From a virus, in IMG/VR virus record IMGVR_UViG_3300045974_000760, positions 32,001-96,000 of that record: DNA of 64,000 bases; one strand, given 5' to 3'. The notes beneath the pieces were generated by a model. The model did no database searches, was not told the DNA's origin, and was given only the letters and a program-made list of their open reading frames with translations. Below are positions 1 through 9,880 of the stretch, piece by piece (position 1 is the stretch's first letter; every line of letters starts with the position of its first letter). A program made the translations under genes and the position numbers.

Positions 1-195
1 CCTCCAGGCACCAACTTCCCGGAAGTGTGGCCCCCCGTGTGGGAGTCACGCGTGGATGTGATGGGGCGACCCGTTGCTCTGGCCGACGTCAATGCGATGC
101 TGAAGGCCAAGGCAACCAACCCCGAGCTCGTGCTTGTGACCACCGACCTGGGAGGCACCGCGGGTTGGACGAAGACCGCGGACTTCTTTCGATGA
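1..195 (+). CDS. hypothetical protein, 5'-partial
   Basis: Frame 1 is open from the window edge to TGA 193-195, overlapping the next ATG (ATGA). Confidence 0.6.
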   Translation, partial: PPGTNFPEVWPPVWESRVDVMGRPVALADVNAMLKAKATNPELVLVTTDLGGTAGWTKTADFFR

Positions 196-596
196 TCGGC
201 CTCCGCTGCCTGAACTGCCAACAGACGTACGCCCCTGGTACCGGAGCTACTGTACTTGGGGTCATGGTGTGTCCGAGCTGTGCAGTAGTTGCGGAACGTA
301 TTCTCGAGCGGGCTGAGGGCGAGCTGAAGATGCTCCTCACGCTGATGAAGGAGAAGGTCCGCCTGAGCCTCATCGAAGGCAAGCTGCAGTTCGGCCCCGG
401 GTCTGAGGAGCCGCCCAGCAAAGAGGACGTCCTCAAGGCCATCATCGAGCTACACGGGAGACAGAATGAGTCGCAAGGAAGCCAACGCCAACATCCTGCT
501 CGAGTACGAGACGAAGTGCGACACCCCGGACTGCCCGGGCAAGGGGAAGGCGTTGTCGAATCGTCTACCCACGGGCGCCCTTCTCTGCCTCGATTA
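192..596 (+). CDS. CxxC..CxxC zinc-finger protein (ends at TTA if TTA=stop)
   Basis: ATG 192, CLNC and CPSC motifs. In-frame TTA at 594-596; otherwise it reads through the whole 466-723 gene to 1154. Confidence 0.6.
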
Positions 597-723
597 CGAC
601 AACCCCCTCTACGGAATCTGCGGCCTATGCAAGAGACACAGCATGCGGGTAGTGACCCCGGAAGTACCAGTTCCAACACCCACTCCTCCCCCGGGATTTT
701 GGAAGGTGCCATCGCGCAGCTGA
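466..723 (+). CDS. small Zn-ribbon protein
   Basis: CDTPDC...CGLC; GGGAG upstream of the ATG. Confidence 0.65.
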   Translation: MSRKEANANILLEYETKCDTPDCPGKGKALSNRLPTGALLCLDYDNPLYGICGLCKRHSMRVVTPEVPVPTPTPPPGFWKVPSRS

Positions 724-725
724 AT

Positions 726-1154
726 GTGTTTCAGGCGCGCACAATGCGCCCGCTGTGCCGCCTTCTGGATGTGACGGTGAGCCGGCGCATCTCGAGTGAG
801 CGCGGCTACACATTCACGTGGGTCCTGCTGCAAGCCAAGCGCATGTACCTCGAGCGCGTCCCCATGCTCCAGGTGCTGCAAGGTACGGGGCTCATGGCCC
901 TACTCTGCCAGGGCGCGATTGTTTCCTCCCCGGGTGTTGAGAAGGGGGCGTACTACGGCTGCCCCTACTTGCTGGCGCAGACGCCCGCACAAGTACCGCT
1001 GCACACACCGAACTTCTCGAACGTGGCTATCGGCCTACTGCTCGAGGTAGTGCGCGGCGACAGCGTGCCGCCAATGGGCCCCATGGAAGTGTGGCGCGCA
1101 CTACTTCTCGACTCCGGTATTCCGCTCTTGACTCCTCCTACCACAACGCCATAA
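726..1154 (+). CDS. hypothetical protein
   Basis: GTG 2 nt after the preceding TGA; ends at TAA. Confidence 0.55.
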   Translation: MFQARTMRPLCRLLDVTVSRRISSERGYTFTWVLLQAKRMYLERVPMLQVLQGTGLMALLCQGAIVSSPGVEKGAYYGCPYLLAQTPAQVPLHTPNFSNVAIGLLLEVVRGDSVPPMGPMEVWRALLLDSGIPLLTPPTTTP

Positions 1155-1187
1155 GAGGTGGAGTACATTGTACTCCAGTGCGACTGA

Positions 1188-2366
1188 ATGAACCCGAACG
1201 CCCCGCCCCCGAATCCGTCGTACCTACCGACATCTCCGATTGTTCCTGGGGGACCTCCGGTGAACATCACTACGAAGGCGGCAGCGGCCCCGCCTGCGAT
1301 GTCACCACAAGCGCGTGCGTACCAGGAGCGCCTTGCTGCACAGCGTACCAATGCACCGCGTGCTGGTGGCCCTGGCCCCTCAATCCCCCTTCTCACTGCG
1401 CAGCATGTGGAGGGGATGACGATGGAGCAACAGGCAGAGGCAGCTCGACGTCAAGCCTTTGGGCAGGGGAGCGTTGCAGCGGGCAGTATCATTGCCCCGC
1501 CGACGTCTGTTCCTGCGGCTCCTCCTCCGTTCCAGTTTCAGATGACGGACATGCTGCCCGAGGCAGCGCAGCGGGACCCTGAGTACATCCAGGGAAGCGG
1601 GAGCTTGTACGCGAGCGCGCAGCCTCGCATGGCGTACAAGTACGGCGTCATCCGCAATGGTCAGCTCATCCCACCACAACAGGTGCAGAGCGGTGGTGCT
1701 GCAGGGAAGCTGAGCCAGGCGACACTGAAGGACCTCGAGACGCTGAAGGGTCTTCAGAAGCCTGCTGAAGCAGCTGAGGAGAAGGCGGAAGCCAAGGCGG
1801 ACGAGCCTACGCCGGAGGAGAAGAAGGCGAAGCAGGAGCGCGCCAAGAAGACGCTCGATGAGATGGGCGACCTCGACCTTGCCCGCTTGATGGATGCAGC
1901 CCGCACGGACATCCTGAACAACGATGAGCAGAAGAAGATCGTCGAGGGGCGCATCACGGAGGTGTTGAGCATCGAGGACCTCATCATGAACGGTGAGGTG
2001 TTCCAGCGGGTGCCCATCATCCCGGGGAAGTTCGAGCCGCGGTTCCGGTCGTTGGGCGTGCAGGAGGACCTGGCGTTGAAGCGCCTCATCATGCAGGAGG
2101 CGCGGACACTACAAGTGGCGGACACGTACTTCTCGGACAAGTTCACCTTCATGGGTGTTGTGGCGGGCCTGTACGAGCTCAACGGCAACCCGGTGCCTCA
2201 CCATCTCGACGAGAAGCGCAACTTCGATGAAGATCGCTTCTGGAAGAAGTTCGAGCATCTGTCGCACTACTCGTTCTGGATGCTGCAGTCGTTGTGCGTG
2301 CACTACGGCTGGTTCGATACGCGGGTGAAGAACCTCTTCAAGGCGGAGGCGATAAAAAATGGCTAG
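1188..2366 (+). CDS. putative tail assembly chaperone (short form)
   Basis: Pro-rich N-terminus and helical C-terminal domain; slippery A AAA AAT immediately before the stop. Confidence 0.55.
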   Translation: MNPNAPPPNPSYLPTSPIVPGGPPVNITTKAAAAPPAMSPQARAYQERLAAQRTNAPRAGGPGPSIPLLTAQHVEGMTMEQQAEAARRQAFGQGSVAAGSIIAPPTSVPAAPPPFQFQMTDMLPEAAQRDPEYIQGSGSLYASAQPRMAYKYGVIRNGQLIPPQQVQSGGAAGKLSQATLKDLETLKGLQKPAEAAEEKAEAKADEPTPEEKKAKQERAKKTLDEMGDLDLARLMDAARTDILNNDEQKKIVEGRITEVLSIEDLIMNGEVFQRVPIIPGKFEPRFRSLGVQEDLALKRLIMQEARTLQVADTYFSDKFTFMGVVAGLYELNGNPVPHHLDEKRNFDEDRFWKKFEHLSHYSFWMLQSLCVHYGWFDTRVKNLFKAEAIKNG

Positions 2367-2806
2367 CCACCCCCGAGGGATGGGCGAGGGCGAATCTACT
2401 GCTCCGCACATTGCAAGCCCCGCCGGAGAAGGATTCTCCTCGGGAGGTGGCGCTCACCTACTTGATCATCCGGCTCGAGGATATCGAACACTCGAAGTTG
2501 CGTGCGGTTGCGCAGCTGATTCTGCAGCCCGACAAGGGCAAGGAAGCGTTCGACGACTACATGAAGACGGCGTTCCCGTACCTCACAGTGGCACATGCGA
2601 GGGACAAGGATGCGATACAGGCACAGCTTGCGGAGGAGGTTGCGCGCGGCCCCCTACACGTGAGCGCCCTTGCCAAGCCTGCCGACGAAAAGAAGGTCAA
2701 CGCGCGCCGTGTGACACGAGCGCAGTACGATGCGGAGCAGGCAGCTCCAGCGAGGGATGCGACTGATATGTCGCGCATCTACTCCCGCCTACGAAAGAAC
2801 TCATGA
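2354..2806 (+). CDS. -1 frameshift extension of the chaperone (GT-like)
   Basis: The -1 frame ORF has no convincing start of its own and becomes protein-like exactly at A AAA AAT (KKWLATPEGW...). Confidence 0.6.
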   Translation, partial: KKWLATPEGWARANLLLRTLQAPPEKDSPREVALTYLIIRLEDIEHSKLRAVAQLILQPDKGKEAFDDYMKTAFPYLTVAHARDKDAIQAQLAEEVARGPLHVSALAKPADEKKVNARRVTRAQYDAEQAAPARDATDMSRIYSRLRKNS

Positions 2807-3207
2807 GCAACGTCGCCTATCACTGCCCTGGTTGTATGTCCCCTGCGGTCGAAGTCAGCGCCCTTGTGAATGGCGCTGCCTCGTGCCGCACCTGCGGGTG
2901 GGAGGGGACACGTTCGGACGTCCTCTCCTACGAGTTCGAGCCCGGGCAGAACTCGCCGGAGGAGCAGGGGCTGAAGTTCATGCTCGGCATTCGCGACTTG
3001 TTCTCGACCATCGCCGGGCCCTTCGGTCAGCTCTACATCAAGTACGGCTTTCTCGATGTCGCCCAGCCACCCGCTGAGCTCAAGGTCAATGTCGTTCGCT
3101 ACCTTGGTAGTGCGGCGATTGCCATTGCGCGCAGTGCGGTTGAGACACGAGAGCAGCTCGAGCGCGAGCGGGTCAACAAGAGCCGAAAGAACATGGCACA
3201 AGCATGA
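2803..3207 (+). CDS. Zn-ribbon protein
   Basis: CPGC...CRTCGW; ATGA coupling. Confidence 0.7.
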   Translation: MSNVAYHCPGCMSPAVEVSALVNGAASCRTCGWEGTRSDVLSYEFEPGQNSPEEQGLKFMLGIRDLFSTIAGPFGQLYIKYGFLDVAQPPAELKVNVVRYLGSAAIAIARSAVETREQLERERVNKSRKNMAQA

Positions 3208-3503
3208 GCGAACTGGACCCCTCGGAGATTGCTGGTCCACCGGCACCTCCTGAGCGTAAGCAGACAGAAGAGCTCTACTGCCACATGGACCTGACCCGTA
3301 CTTGTGGCCCGGACTGCATGGCGTACCTGACGCATCCCCCGGTCGACAACGACTACAAGGGGCAGTCGTGGGCGAAGTGCCGCCTACTCGTCGACAGCTA
3401 CCGTGTAGGCAAGCACGTGACTCTTCTTGTTCAGGCGGCCAATGCGGCGGTCCGCCCTAGGACTGCACCTATTCCCCCGCCTAACCCGCTAGGGGGTAAG
3501 TGA
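3204..3503 (+). CDS. Cys-containing hypothetical protein
   Basis: Coupled ORF; C-x6-C-x3-CMAY motif. Confidence 0.65.
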   Translation: MSELDPSEIAGPPAPPERKQTEELYCHMDLTRTCGPDCMAYLTHPPVDNDYKGQSWAKCRLLVDSYRVGKHVTLLVQAANAAVRPRTAPIPPPNPLGGK

Positions 3504-3991
3504 TGTCGGTCGGTGCAGAGATTGTCGCCATTGGCGAGGAGCTCGACCTCAACACCAACATGGTGGTGTCGCACTTGGCGTTGCGCCTACCAACGGGCGT
3601 GGTGATTCGAGTGGGGCTGCAGTCCTCTGATAAGGACCGCGTGCTCGAGGCTCTGGAGGGACGCGTTGCAGAACCAGCACCGCCTCCCCCGCCAGCTCGA
3701 GCGCCCGTACGTCCGGCTGCACGTCCAGCCCCACCTCCTGCGGCACCCGCGGTCATTGACTTCGGCGGCGAAGAAGCGCCGGTGATGATGGCGGGCAAGA
3801 AGGCGGTGCCCTTCCACCCATTGCTTGCGGAGATGCAGCAGGCAGGCGCGGCTGCGTCCGACCCCGAGGGTCCTGAGCCGCTTGCCCCGCTTGTACGTGG
3901 GCGAGAGGTGATGACGGATGAGTACGGCTACCCGGTCGTACAGAAGCAGCAGGGGCCTGTCGTCGATGACGATGGGTTTGCGTCGCTCTGA
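3500..3991 (+). CDS. hypothetical protein
   Basis: Coupled ORF with a Pro/Ala linker. Confidence 0.65.
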   Translation: MMSVGAEIVAIGEELDLNTNMVVSHLALRLPTGVVIRVGLQSSDKDRVLEALEGRVAEPAPPPPPARAPVRPAARPAPPPAAPAVIDFGGEEAPVMMAGKKAVPFHPLLAEMQQAGAAASDPEGPEPLAPLVRGREVMTDEYGYPVVQKQQGPVVDDDGFASL

Positions 3992-4437
3992 TGGACTTCT
4001 TCTGCTTCAAGTGCGGCGCGCACTTCTGCCCCCAAGGGCATCGGGAGCAGATACACCTGCTGCTTACTCGCCCCAAGGACGAGGAGTGGCCGTGTCCTCG
4101 GTGTGAGGCGCCCATCAAGGCATACGACAACGGGCTGCCTGAGGGCGTCTTCCCGGCCGTGTCCTTCTACCCCACGCCCGAGGAGCTCTGTGCGGGCTTC
4201 GCAGGGATGGGGATGCCGACGGAGGAGCCGTGCACCGCCGAGCTGCTGCGCGCTGCGCTACTGAAGCCTATCAAGGCCATCGACAGCGTGCCCATCCCGA
4301 ATACCACGCGGTTGATTGTTCGAAGCATCACCTTCACGGACAACTCGTCGCTCTTCTTCGGTGCGGGCCCGCTGGGCGCAGTCCTCTACCGCTACCGCGC
4401 ACCCTTCTCTTACGTGGAGCAGCTCGATGTCGGTTAG
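3991..4437 (+). CDS. Zn-binding hypothetical protein
   Basis: CFKC, CPRC motifs; TGATG coupling. Confidence 0.7.
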   Translation: MDFFCFKCGAHFCPQGHREQIHLLLTRPKDEEWPCPRCEAPIKAYDNGLPEGVFPAVSFYPTPEELCAGFAGMGMPTEEPCTAELLRAALLKPIKAIDSVPIPNTTRLIVRSITFTDNSSLFFGAGPLGAVLYRYRAPFSYVEQLDVG

Positions 4438-5062
4438 CGCTAGGTTCCAGCGTAACAAGGAAGGTCTGTGTACGGGCCTCATCGCAAACGACGGGGAGAG
4501 CGCCACGGTCGGGGACTTCATCGAAATCTCCTACAGCGCCATGGTGGCTCGCCTTGTTGCCTGGGCACAGGCATTGGGTACTCGCGAGCTCTCACTACAA
4601 GAGAGTCGCCCGGGCTTGATGCCGCACGTCGTCGAGCTCGAGAAGCCGCTCGTCGACTTGCTGATGACTGACGTGATGGAGGGGCTCAAACAGATGAACC
4701 CCGCCACACGCACCATCGACATGCGTGTGTCTCGTCCTCAGTACGAAGATGCGGGCCGCGTACTAGTCACGGGGCACGCAAAGCTGCGGAACGTACAAGG
4801 CAAGCACGTGTACTTCCGTCGACGCGAGGAGCAGTACGAGTCCCCGCTCACAAGCCTGTGGGAGCCAATCCCCGAGTGGGCTACTCGCATCGATTCACGC
4901 TGGTGTCGTACAAGTATTGAGCAACTACTGGCAATACCTTCTGAGCAGTACTACATCCCCAGGGCTTGGAACCAATCCAAGAACTGGTGGATCCCCCGCG
5001 CCGAACTGGCGCTCGTCCAGCAGCAACTCCAGGAAGAAGAAAAGAGCTATGGGTCTATCTGA
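4427..5062 (+). CDS. hypothetical protein
   Basis: ATG overlaps the previous gene end; GGAG upstream. Confidence 0.65.
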   Translation: MSVSARFQRNKEGLCTGLIANDGESATVGDFIEISYSAMVARLVAWAQALGTRELSLQESRPGLMPHVVELEKPLVDLLMTDVMEGLKQMNPATRTIDMRVSRPQYEDAGRVLVTGHAKLRNVQGKHVYFRRREEQYESPLTSLWEPIPEWATRIDSRWCRTSIEQLLAIPSEQYYIPRAWNQSKNWWIPRAELALVQQQLQEEEKSYGSI

Positions 5063-5417
5063 TCACCAACTCCGCCCGAACGGTGTCTCCATCCCCGATG
5101 CGGAGGGCCCTCGCATGGCCACTCCCAACACCTTCCTCAGCGGCACACCGCTCGAGCAGTTCCTCGTGCAGTACTCCGACGGTGATGGGCGGGTGCATGA
5201 CGCGGTTGGGATTCGCATCGGCAACGAGTGGTTCCTCGCGCCGAACAGCGAAGAGTGGCTGAAGAGCCGCCGTCCGTTCCACAAGAACGTTCGCACCACG
5301 ATGGAAGAGCGCTACCAGGCGTACCTCGCGAGCAAGGCGCTCGCGGGCAAAGGCGCAACCTCACCGACGGTTCCCGCAGCCGCTCTCACGGGCGCTGCTC
5401 CAGGCAAGACCGTCTGA
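5049..5417 (+). CDS. hypothetical protein
   Basis: Coupled ORF. Confidence 0.65.
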   Translation: MGLSDHQLRPNGVSIPDAEGPRMATPNTFLSGTPLEQFLVQYSDGDGRVHDAVGIRIGNEWFLAPNSEEWLKSRRPFHKNVRTTMEERYQAYLASKALAGKGATSPTVPAAALTGAAPGKTV

Positions 5418-5755
5418 TGAACTTCCGCCCCTTCAACGACTCGATTGTGGTGGCAGTAGACCCCATCCCGGAGAAGAGGGGGCTGCTGTTCCGCGTCGAA
5501 GACAAGAGCATCTTCACGGGTACTGTGCTGGCCGTCGGTCCGGGCAAGTACGCGAAGAAAGGTCACCGCCGTATTGAGACTGGTGTGGCGGTGGGCGACC
5601 GTGTTGCGTTCCACCGGTGGCACGCAGAGCTGAAGAACGGGCGAGCAATCGCCTCCATCCTCGAGGATTGCTACCAAGGGCATGAGCGCGTTGCGCTTGT
5701 ACGTCCCGAAGACATGCAAGGTGTTCTCGAAGGCGAAGCCGTTCTGGATACGTGA
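5417..5755 (+). CDS. groES: co-chaperonin GroES-like protein
   Basis: FRPFNDSIVV...GTVLAVGPG...VAVGDRVAF...LVRPEDMQGVLE matches the Cpn10 signature. Confidence 0.85.
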   Translation: MNFRPFNDSIVVAVDPIPEKRGLLFRVEDKSIFTGTVLAVGPGKYAKKGHRRIETGVAVGDRVAFHRWHAELKNGRAIASILEDCYQGHERVALVRPEDMQGVLEGEAVLDT

Positions 5756-5764
5756 GGTAGGCAC

Positions 5765-6022
5765 ATGAGACTGATCGCAGAGACAGAGCCGGGCGTTGTG
5801 GAAGCCAACTTCATGTGGCTCCCCTCCTGGCTGGGCATGAACACCGCACTGCTGCAAGAGCTGGCCGATACCATCGGCAAGCAGCTCGCTGGGCGGGTCG
5901 TCGACGAAGACCTCCTCGATGAGCTCGATGCCCGCGTCATCGCTTGGGCCAAAGAGCGCTTCCCCGAGCTACCCGGCTTCGACACCTACCTCGACTCCCT
6001 CAAGCACGTGCAGCAGAAATGA
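5765..6022 (+). CDS. hypothetical protein
   Basis: GAGG RBS, ATG start. Confidence 0.65.
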   Translation: MRLIAETEPGVVEANFMWLPSWLGMNTALLQELADTIGKQLAGRVVDEDLLDELDARVIAWAKERFPELPGFDTYLDSLKHVQQK

Positions 6023-6177
6023 GCACGGACCTCGCCCCACAACGGCTGCAGGTGCGTGTCCCCGGTGAGCTCTTCATGCGCGTCAAGCGGGAGGCAGCAA
6101 AGCAGAAGCGCTCCATCCCCGCGCTGGTGCGCCTCATCCTCACCGAGTACCTCGACCGCCCACGGGCCAAGCCATGA
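6019..6177 (+). CDS. ribbon-helix-helix DNA-binding protein
   Basis: RLQVRVPGELFMRVKREAAKQKRSIPALVRLILTEYL follows the Arc/CopG pattern. Confidence 0.75.
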   Translation: MSTDLAPQRLQVRVPGELFMRVKREAAKQKRSIPALVRLILTEYLDRPRAKP

Positions 6178-6707
6178 GCAACGTCCAACGGAAGTTCCGT
6201 GTACAGGTGCCTCGAGGCATGGACTCCCTGCTCGCGGCGGTGGAGCAAATCTTCCGTCAACGTCGAGTGGTCTCGGCCACCATCACCGCAGGCTCCATCG
6301 AATACGTGCAGGCTCTGCCTGACGAAGCCGAAGACCCGGGCCCCATCACCCTGCAGCTCGATACGGTCTCCCCGCTCGAGCTCCTTCGAACAGCAGAGAA
6401 CGTTGAGCTCCCGCTACAGCCCGAGCTCACGGGCATCGCACACTTCGCCGATGTTCTGCAGGAATGCACACGGGGCAACCTGGCCCCGCTCGCTTGGGTA
6501 CTCGGCCCCGAGACTCTCTTGTGGGCGTGGCTACAGACAACCGGCTTTCGCTGGGTACCGCGCTCAGACTTCCTTGGGCTGCAGGTTCTCGTCGACAGCC
6601 ACGCCGAGCGCGAGAACGTCATTCTCGCTGCCGGCTACACCCCGCACGCGCGCCTCACGAATGTGCAGCGCGGGTACATCACGAAGCTCCCACTTACGGT
6701 CGCGTGA
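6174..6707 (+). CDS. hypothetical protein
   Basis: Coupled ORF. Confidence 0.65.
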   Translation: MSNVQRKFRVQVPRGMDSLLAAVEQIFRQRRVVSATITAGSIEYVQALPDEAEDPGPITLQLDTVSPLELLRTAENVELPLQPELTGIAHFADVLQECTRGNLAPLAWVLGPETLLWAWLQTTGFRWVPRSDFLGLQVLVDSHAERENVILAAGYTPHARLTNVQRGYITKLPLTVA

Positions 6708-6708
6708 C

Positions 6709-7200
6709 ATGAGCATCTCCCAAACCATCGTTGAGCTAGGTCTCGTCCCTGAAGAAGTCCTCCAGGAGCACCAGAAGTGGGGGCAGCGCGTCCCAACTAC
6801 CCCCATCCCGGGTGACCCGCCACCTCCAGAAGAGGCAGCCTCTCGTATTGCCGATGCCTTCGCTTCCGAAGAGCTCGTCGAAGTACGTGAGACCATCCTC
6901 GACCTCGTTGCCTACTACAAGCGCCACGAGGAGAGCGGGGTACTGCACTACCACGTTCTGCCCGGCACCGAGAATGAGGCGACAGGCAAAACCCCCGTCC
7001 ACTTCTGCCGGTGGCAGGGTCAGATTGCCATCCCTTGGAGTGATGATGTGCTGGGCAATCTCTTGCTCGACTCGCGCACCTACCTCCAGGACGTGCACGG
7101 CGGGAAGATGTACTTCATGTCGTACGACAACGTCTTCCACGGTGCTGTGCAGACCTTCGTCGTAGCCCGCCCCATCATGCCGGAGCCTGCCAGTGTCTAA
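6709..7200 (+). CDS. hypothetical protein
   Basis: ATG 1 nt after the previous stop. Confidence 0.65.
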   Translation: MSISQTIVELGLVPEEVLQEHQKWGQRVPTTPIPGDPPPPEEAASRIADAFASEELVEVRETILDLVAYYKRHEESGVLHYHVLPGTENEATGKTPVHFCRWQGQIAIPWSDDVLGNLLLDSRTYLQDVHGGKMYFMSYDNVFHGAVQTFVVARPIMPEPASV

Positions 7201-7600
7201 TGAGCAGACGCTCGCACAGGCGCTCCAGCGCCACATGGGACTTCAGTCACTCGACCTCACCCTCGAGGATGCCCAGCTCTGTGTACGTGGTCGCGTAGCC
7301 CCTGAGCACCAGAACATCTGGCGCTCGGCCGCTGTGTCTCTCGTCATGCGCGGGTACCAAGACCAGTGGTCTCTCGATGTGTCGAAGTCACTCTGTGTCG
7401 TGCCCGTCGGGGACCACCCCGAGGTACGCGCCGTGTGGCGCATCGTCCTCACACCTTCAGCGGGTGCTACCGAGATACCTCTCGATGCGTTCTACATGTT
7501 CATCACGAGCCTGCCTCCCGTCACGGCGGCTACGGACGATCGCATCCCCATGGGCTCGCTTGCGCGCCTCCTCCCTACTGGCCTCACGCCAACGATGTGA
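7193..7600 (+). CDS. hypothetical protein
   Basis: GTG start overlapping the previous stop. Confidence 0.6.
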   Translation: MSNEQTLAQALQRHMGLQSLDLTLEDAQLCVRGRVAPEHQNIWRSAAVSLVMRGYQDQWSLDVSKSLCVVPVGDHPEVRAVWRIVLTPSAGATEIPLDAFYMFITSLPPVTAATDDRIPMGSLARLLPTGLTPTM

Positions 7601-7603
7601 CCC

Positions 7604-8296
7604 ATGTCCACCCTACCTCGCGCCATCGGTAACACACCGCTCTACGAAGCCGAGCGCCGCGCGCTCACATCAGCAGAGCAAGAGACGGTCAATCGACGCA
7701 TCGAAGCGTTCCGCATCCTCATGCAACGGCCTCCCATGGCCGGCTACCGCCTCGAGGTGCAGTTCAACTCCAACTACCGCAGTCAGGCACAAGCCCTCTC
7801 CGGTGACCCGCTCATCCAAGGTGTCGTGTCCTTCTGGCGCAACGCTACAGACACGGGACGTGGTGAGGAGAAGGTCTACGAGTGCCCGGGCAAGTTCTTG
7901 AAGCGCAGCAGCTGCGACAAGCTCATCCCCATGCTCGGCCACGGCTTCGGTGTTGTGGTGTGCCCGCACTGCGGTACCAAGTGGAAGCCCGAGCAAGTCA
8001 CCGGTGAGGTGCTGCACAACCGCACACGCCGCGGTTGGGCTGATGTCCTCTACCACTACATGACGAAGATGGACGGCGACGCGGACATCGTGCTCAAGCA
8101 CCCGACGGAGTCAGACATCCGTACGGCCACTGCACGTGAGCGCGACCACGACCGCGGCGGTGAAGTACTACGAGCAGCTCGAGAGAAGCGAAATGCGCCT
8201 GACCGCATTGTGCGGTACCAGCTCAAGAACTTCATCAAGGATGTGGGCGCTGGCGCTGACCCGCTCGAGAGGCTCTACGCGTTCGTCAGCGCGTAG
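7604..8296 (+). CDS. Zn-ribbon-containing hypothetical protein
   Basis: YECP...C...CPHCG. Confidence 0.7.
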   Translation: MSTLPRAIGNTPLYEAERRALTSAEQETVNRRIEAFRILMQRPPMAGYRLEVQFNSNYRSQAQALSGDPLIQGVVSFWRNATDTGRGEEKVYECPGKFLKRSSCDKLIPMLGHGFGVVVCPHCGTKWKPEQVTGEVLHNRTRRGWADVLYHYMTKMDGDADIVLKHPTESDIRTATARERDHDRGGEVLRAAREKRNAPDRIVRYQLKNFIKDVGAGADPLERLYAFVSA

Positions 8297-8577
8297 TGTG
8301 CTACTTCCTGCACATGCACCCTGACTACATCCGCGCGCTGCAGAAGAAGCGAACCTGGGAAGCTCTCGTGAGGCACCTGCGGGAGATCTACCTTCCGCAG
8401 CCGGGCTCGTCAGAGCCCCAAGAGCTCACCTCGGATGAGCTGCCCGGCAATCACAACCCCGTACCCCAAGACGTCCTGCTGGAAGTACTGAGCACACTGG
8501 AGACACATGCCTACGCCGAAGAACAAGAAGCGCACACCTTCCAAATGGTCCGGGCTCCCAAAGGACAAGGTTCCTGA
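8296..8577 (+). CDS. hypothetical protein
   Basis: Adjacent ORF; start may be ATG 8314. Confidence 0.55.
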   Translation: MCYFLHMHPDYIRALQKKRTWEALVRHLREIYLPQPGSSEPQELTSDELPGNHNPVPQDVLLEVLSTLETHAYAEEQEAHTFQMVRAPKGQGS

Positions 8578-8974
8578 AGACACACTTCAGACCGTTCTCG
8601 GGCTTCTGAAGCAACAGGCAGCGCGCATCGATGAGATTGGCACTGCGTTCAATCAGAACGCCGGCGCCTACTACGAGGGGTACCAGATGACGGAGATGTG
8701 GTCCGTCATCCAACGGCGCGTGCTCAGCGACATGTTGCGCGGCGAGGTCTACACCGTCGAGGTCGAGTACGCGCTGCCCCTGCGTCCGACAGACCTGCTG
8801 GACCAAGCGATGCACCCGTGTGTTGACTGGCAGAAGTACAAGGAGGACTACATCGCGATGATTGGGCTCATCGCAGCGCTCGATAACCTCAAGCACGTCT
8901 TCTACGGCTCGCAGGTGAAGTTGGCCACCGAAGCCGATTTGCGTGTGATTGAGTTCGGCGGGGATGTACCCTTA
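8507..8974 (+). CDS. hypothetical protein (ends at TTA)
   Basis: GGAG RBS; in-frame TTA 8972-8974 with an ATG 3 nt later. Confidence 0.6.
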
Positions 8975-8977
8975 GTC

Positions 8978-9160
8978 ATGGCCGCCCCCCTCACTCCCCC
9001 GGTTCGAGATGTACGTGGTCGCTTGCGCGAGCAGGCACAAGGCGGTCCTGCCCGCATCATCTGCCCCAACTGCAAAGGTGTGGCGGTTCCCATCGCCCCA
9101 GGTAGCACCGAGTACACCTGTACCACATGCGGCAACGGCTTTCGCTCAAAGCCGTTCTGA
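8978..9160 (+). CDS. small Zn-ribbon protein
   Basis: CPNC...CTTC; ATG just after TTA, preceded by a TACCCT -10-like hexamer. Confidence 0.55.
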   Translation: MAAPLTPPVRDVRGRLREQAQGGPARIICPNCKGVAVPIAPGSTEYTCTTCGNGFRSKPF

Positions 9161-9166
9161 AGACAC

Positions 9167-9203
9167 GGGGCTAAGAAAAAGGAGCCCGGGGGGAGCTCCT
9201 TCT
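9167..9203 (-). terminator. hairpin + U-tract + TAGCCCC terminator
   Basis: Minus strand: AAGGAGC..GCTCCTT TTTCTTAGCCCC. Confidence 0.7.
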
Positions 9204-9205
9204 TC

Positions 9206-9880
9206 TCATGGTGCGAGGCAGGTGACGTTCGCGCCAGCACCTGATACCGGAATGCCATTGCCGTCGTAGTCGACGAACGTGCACATCCAGCCCTGCACCC
9301 CGCTGCTGCCGGCAGGGCCAAACGATGTAATGCGCCTCGTCGATCCGTTGGCGTAGGTGAATGCGCAGCCTCCCGTCAACGCGATATCACCGGGGTCGCA
9401 CAGCGCGGTTATTATCGTCATCGCGTTCCGCGGCAACACCTGATTCACGGCGCTGCGTAGGTACGTCTGCGACGTCGACAAAGTGCCCGCCGGACCGACA
9501 GGACCAACTGCGCCTGTTGGCCCCGCTACGCCCGCAGGGCCTGCAGGCCCTTGTGCGCCCTGCGGGCCTTGTGCACCTGGGGAGCCCGGCGTTCCTTGCG
9601 CGCCCGTCTGCCCTGTTGGCCCCTGCACGCCTTGAGGGCCTGCTGCGCCGGGCTCCCCCGCAATACCTTGAGGCCCCGCAGGCCCCAGAGCTCCAACCGG
9701 GCCCTGGTCACCCTTCACACCCGGCTCGCCCTGTGGCCCTGCCGCGCCAGCAGGTCCGGTTGACCCAGGTGTACCTGGAACGCCAGCATCGCCCACGAGA
9801 CCGTTGGCTCCGGGATCTCCTGCATCACCGCCGCCACAACCAACCGCAAACATCATTGCTACAACGAATAGATACCTCAT
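9206..9880 (-). CDS. collagen-like lipoprotein
   Basis: Lipobox-like FAVGC, long G-X-Y repeat, C-terminal C-x-x-G-x-x-A-L-T-G-G-C domain. Confidence 0.85.
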   Translation of the reverse strand: MRYLFVVAMMFAVGCGGGDAGDPGANGLVGDAGVPGTPGSTGPAGAAGPQGEPGVKGDQGPVGALGPAGPQGIAGEPGAAGPQGVQGPTGQTGAQGTPGSPGAQGPQGAQGPAGPAGVAGPTGAVGPVGPAGTLSTSQTYLRSAVNQVLPRNAMTIITALCDPGDIALTGGCAFTYANGSTRRITSFGPAGSSGVQGWMCTFVDYDGNGIPVSGAGANVTCLAP

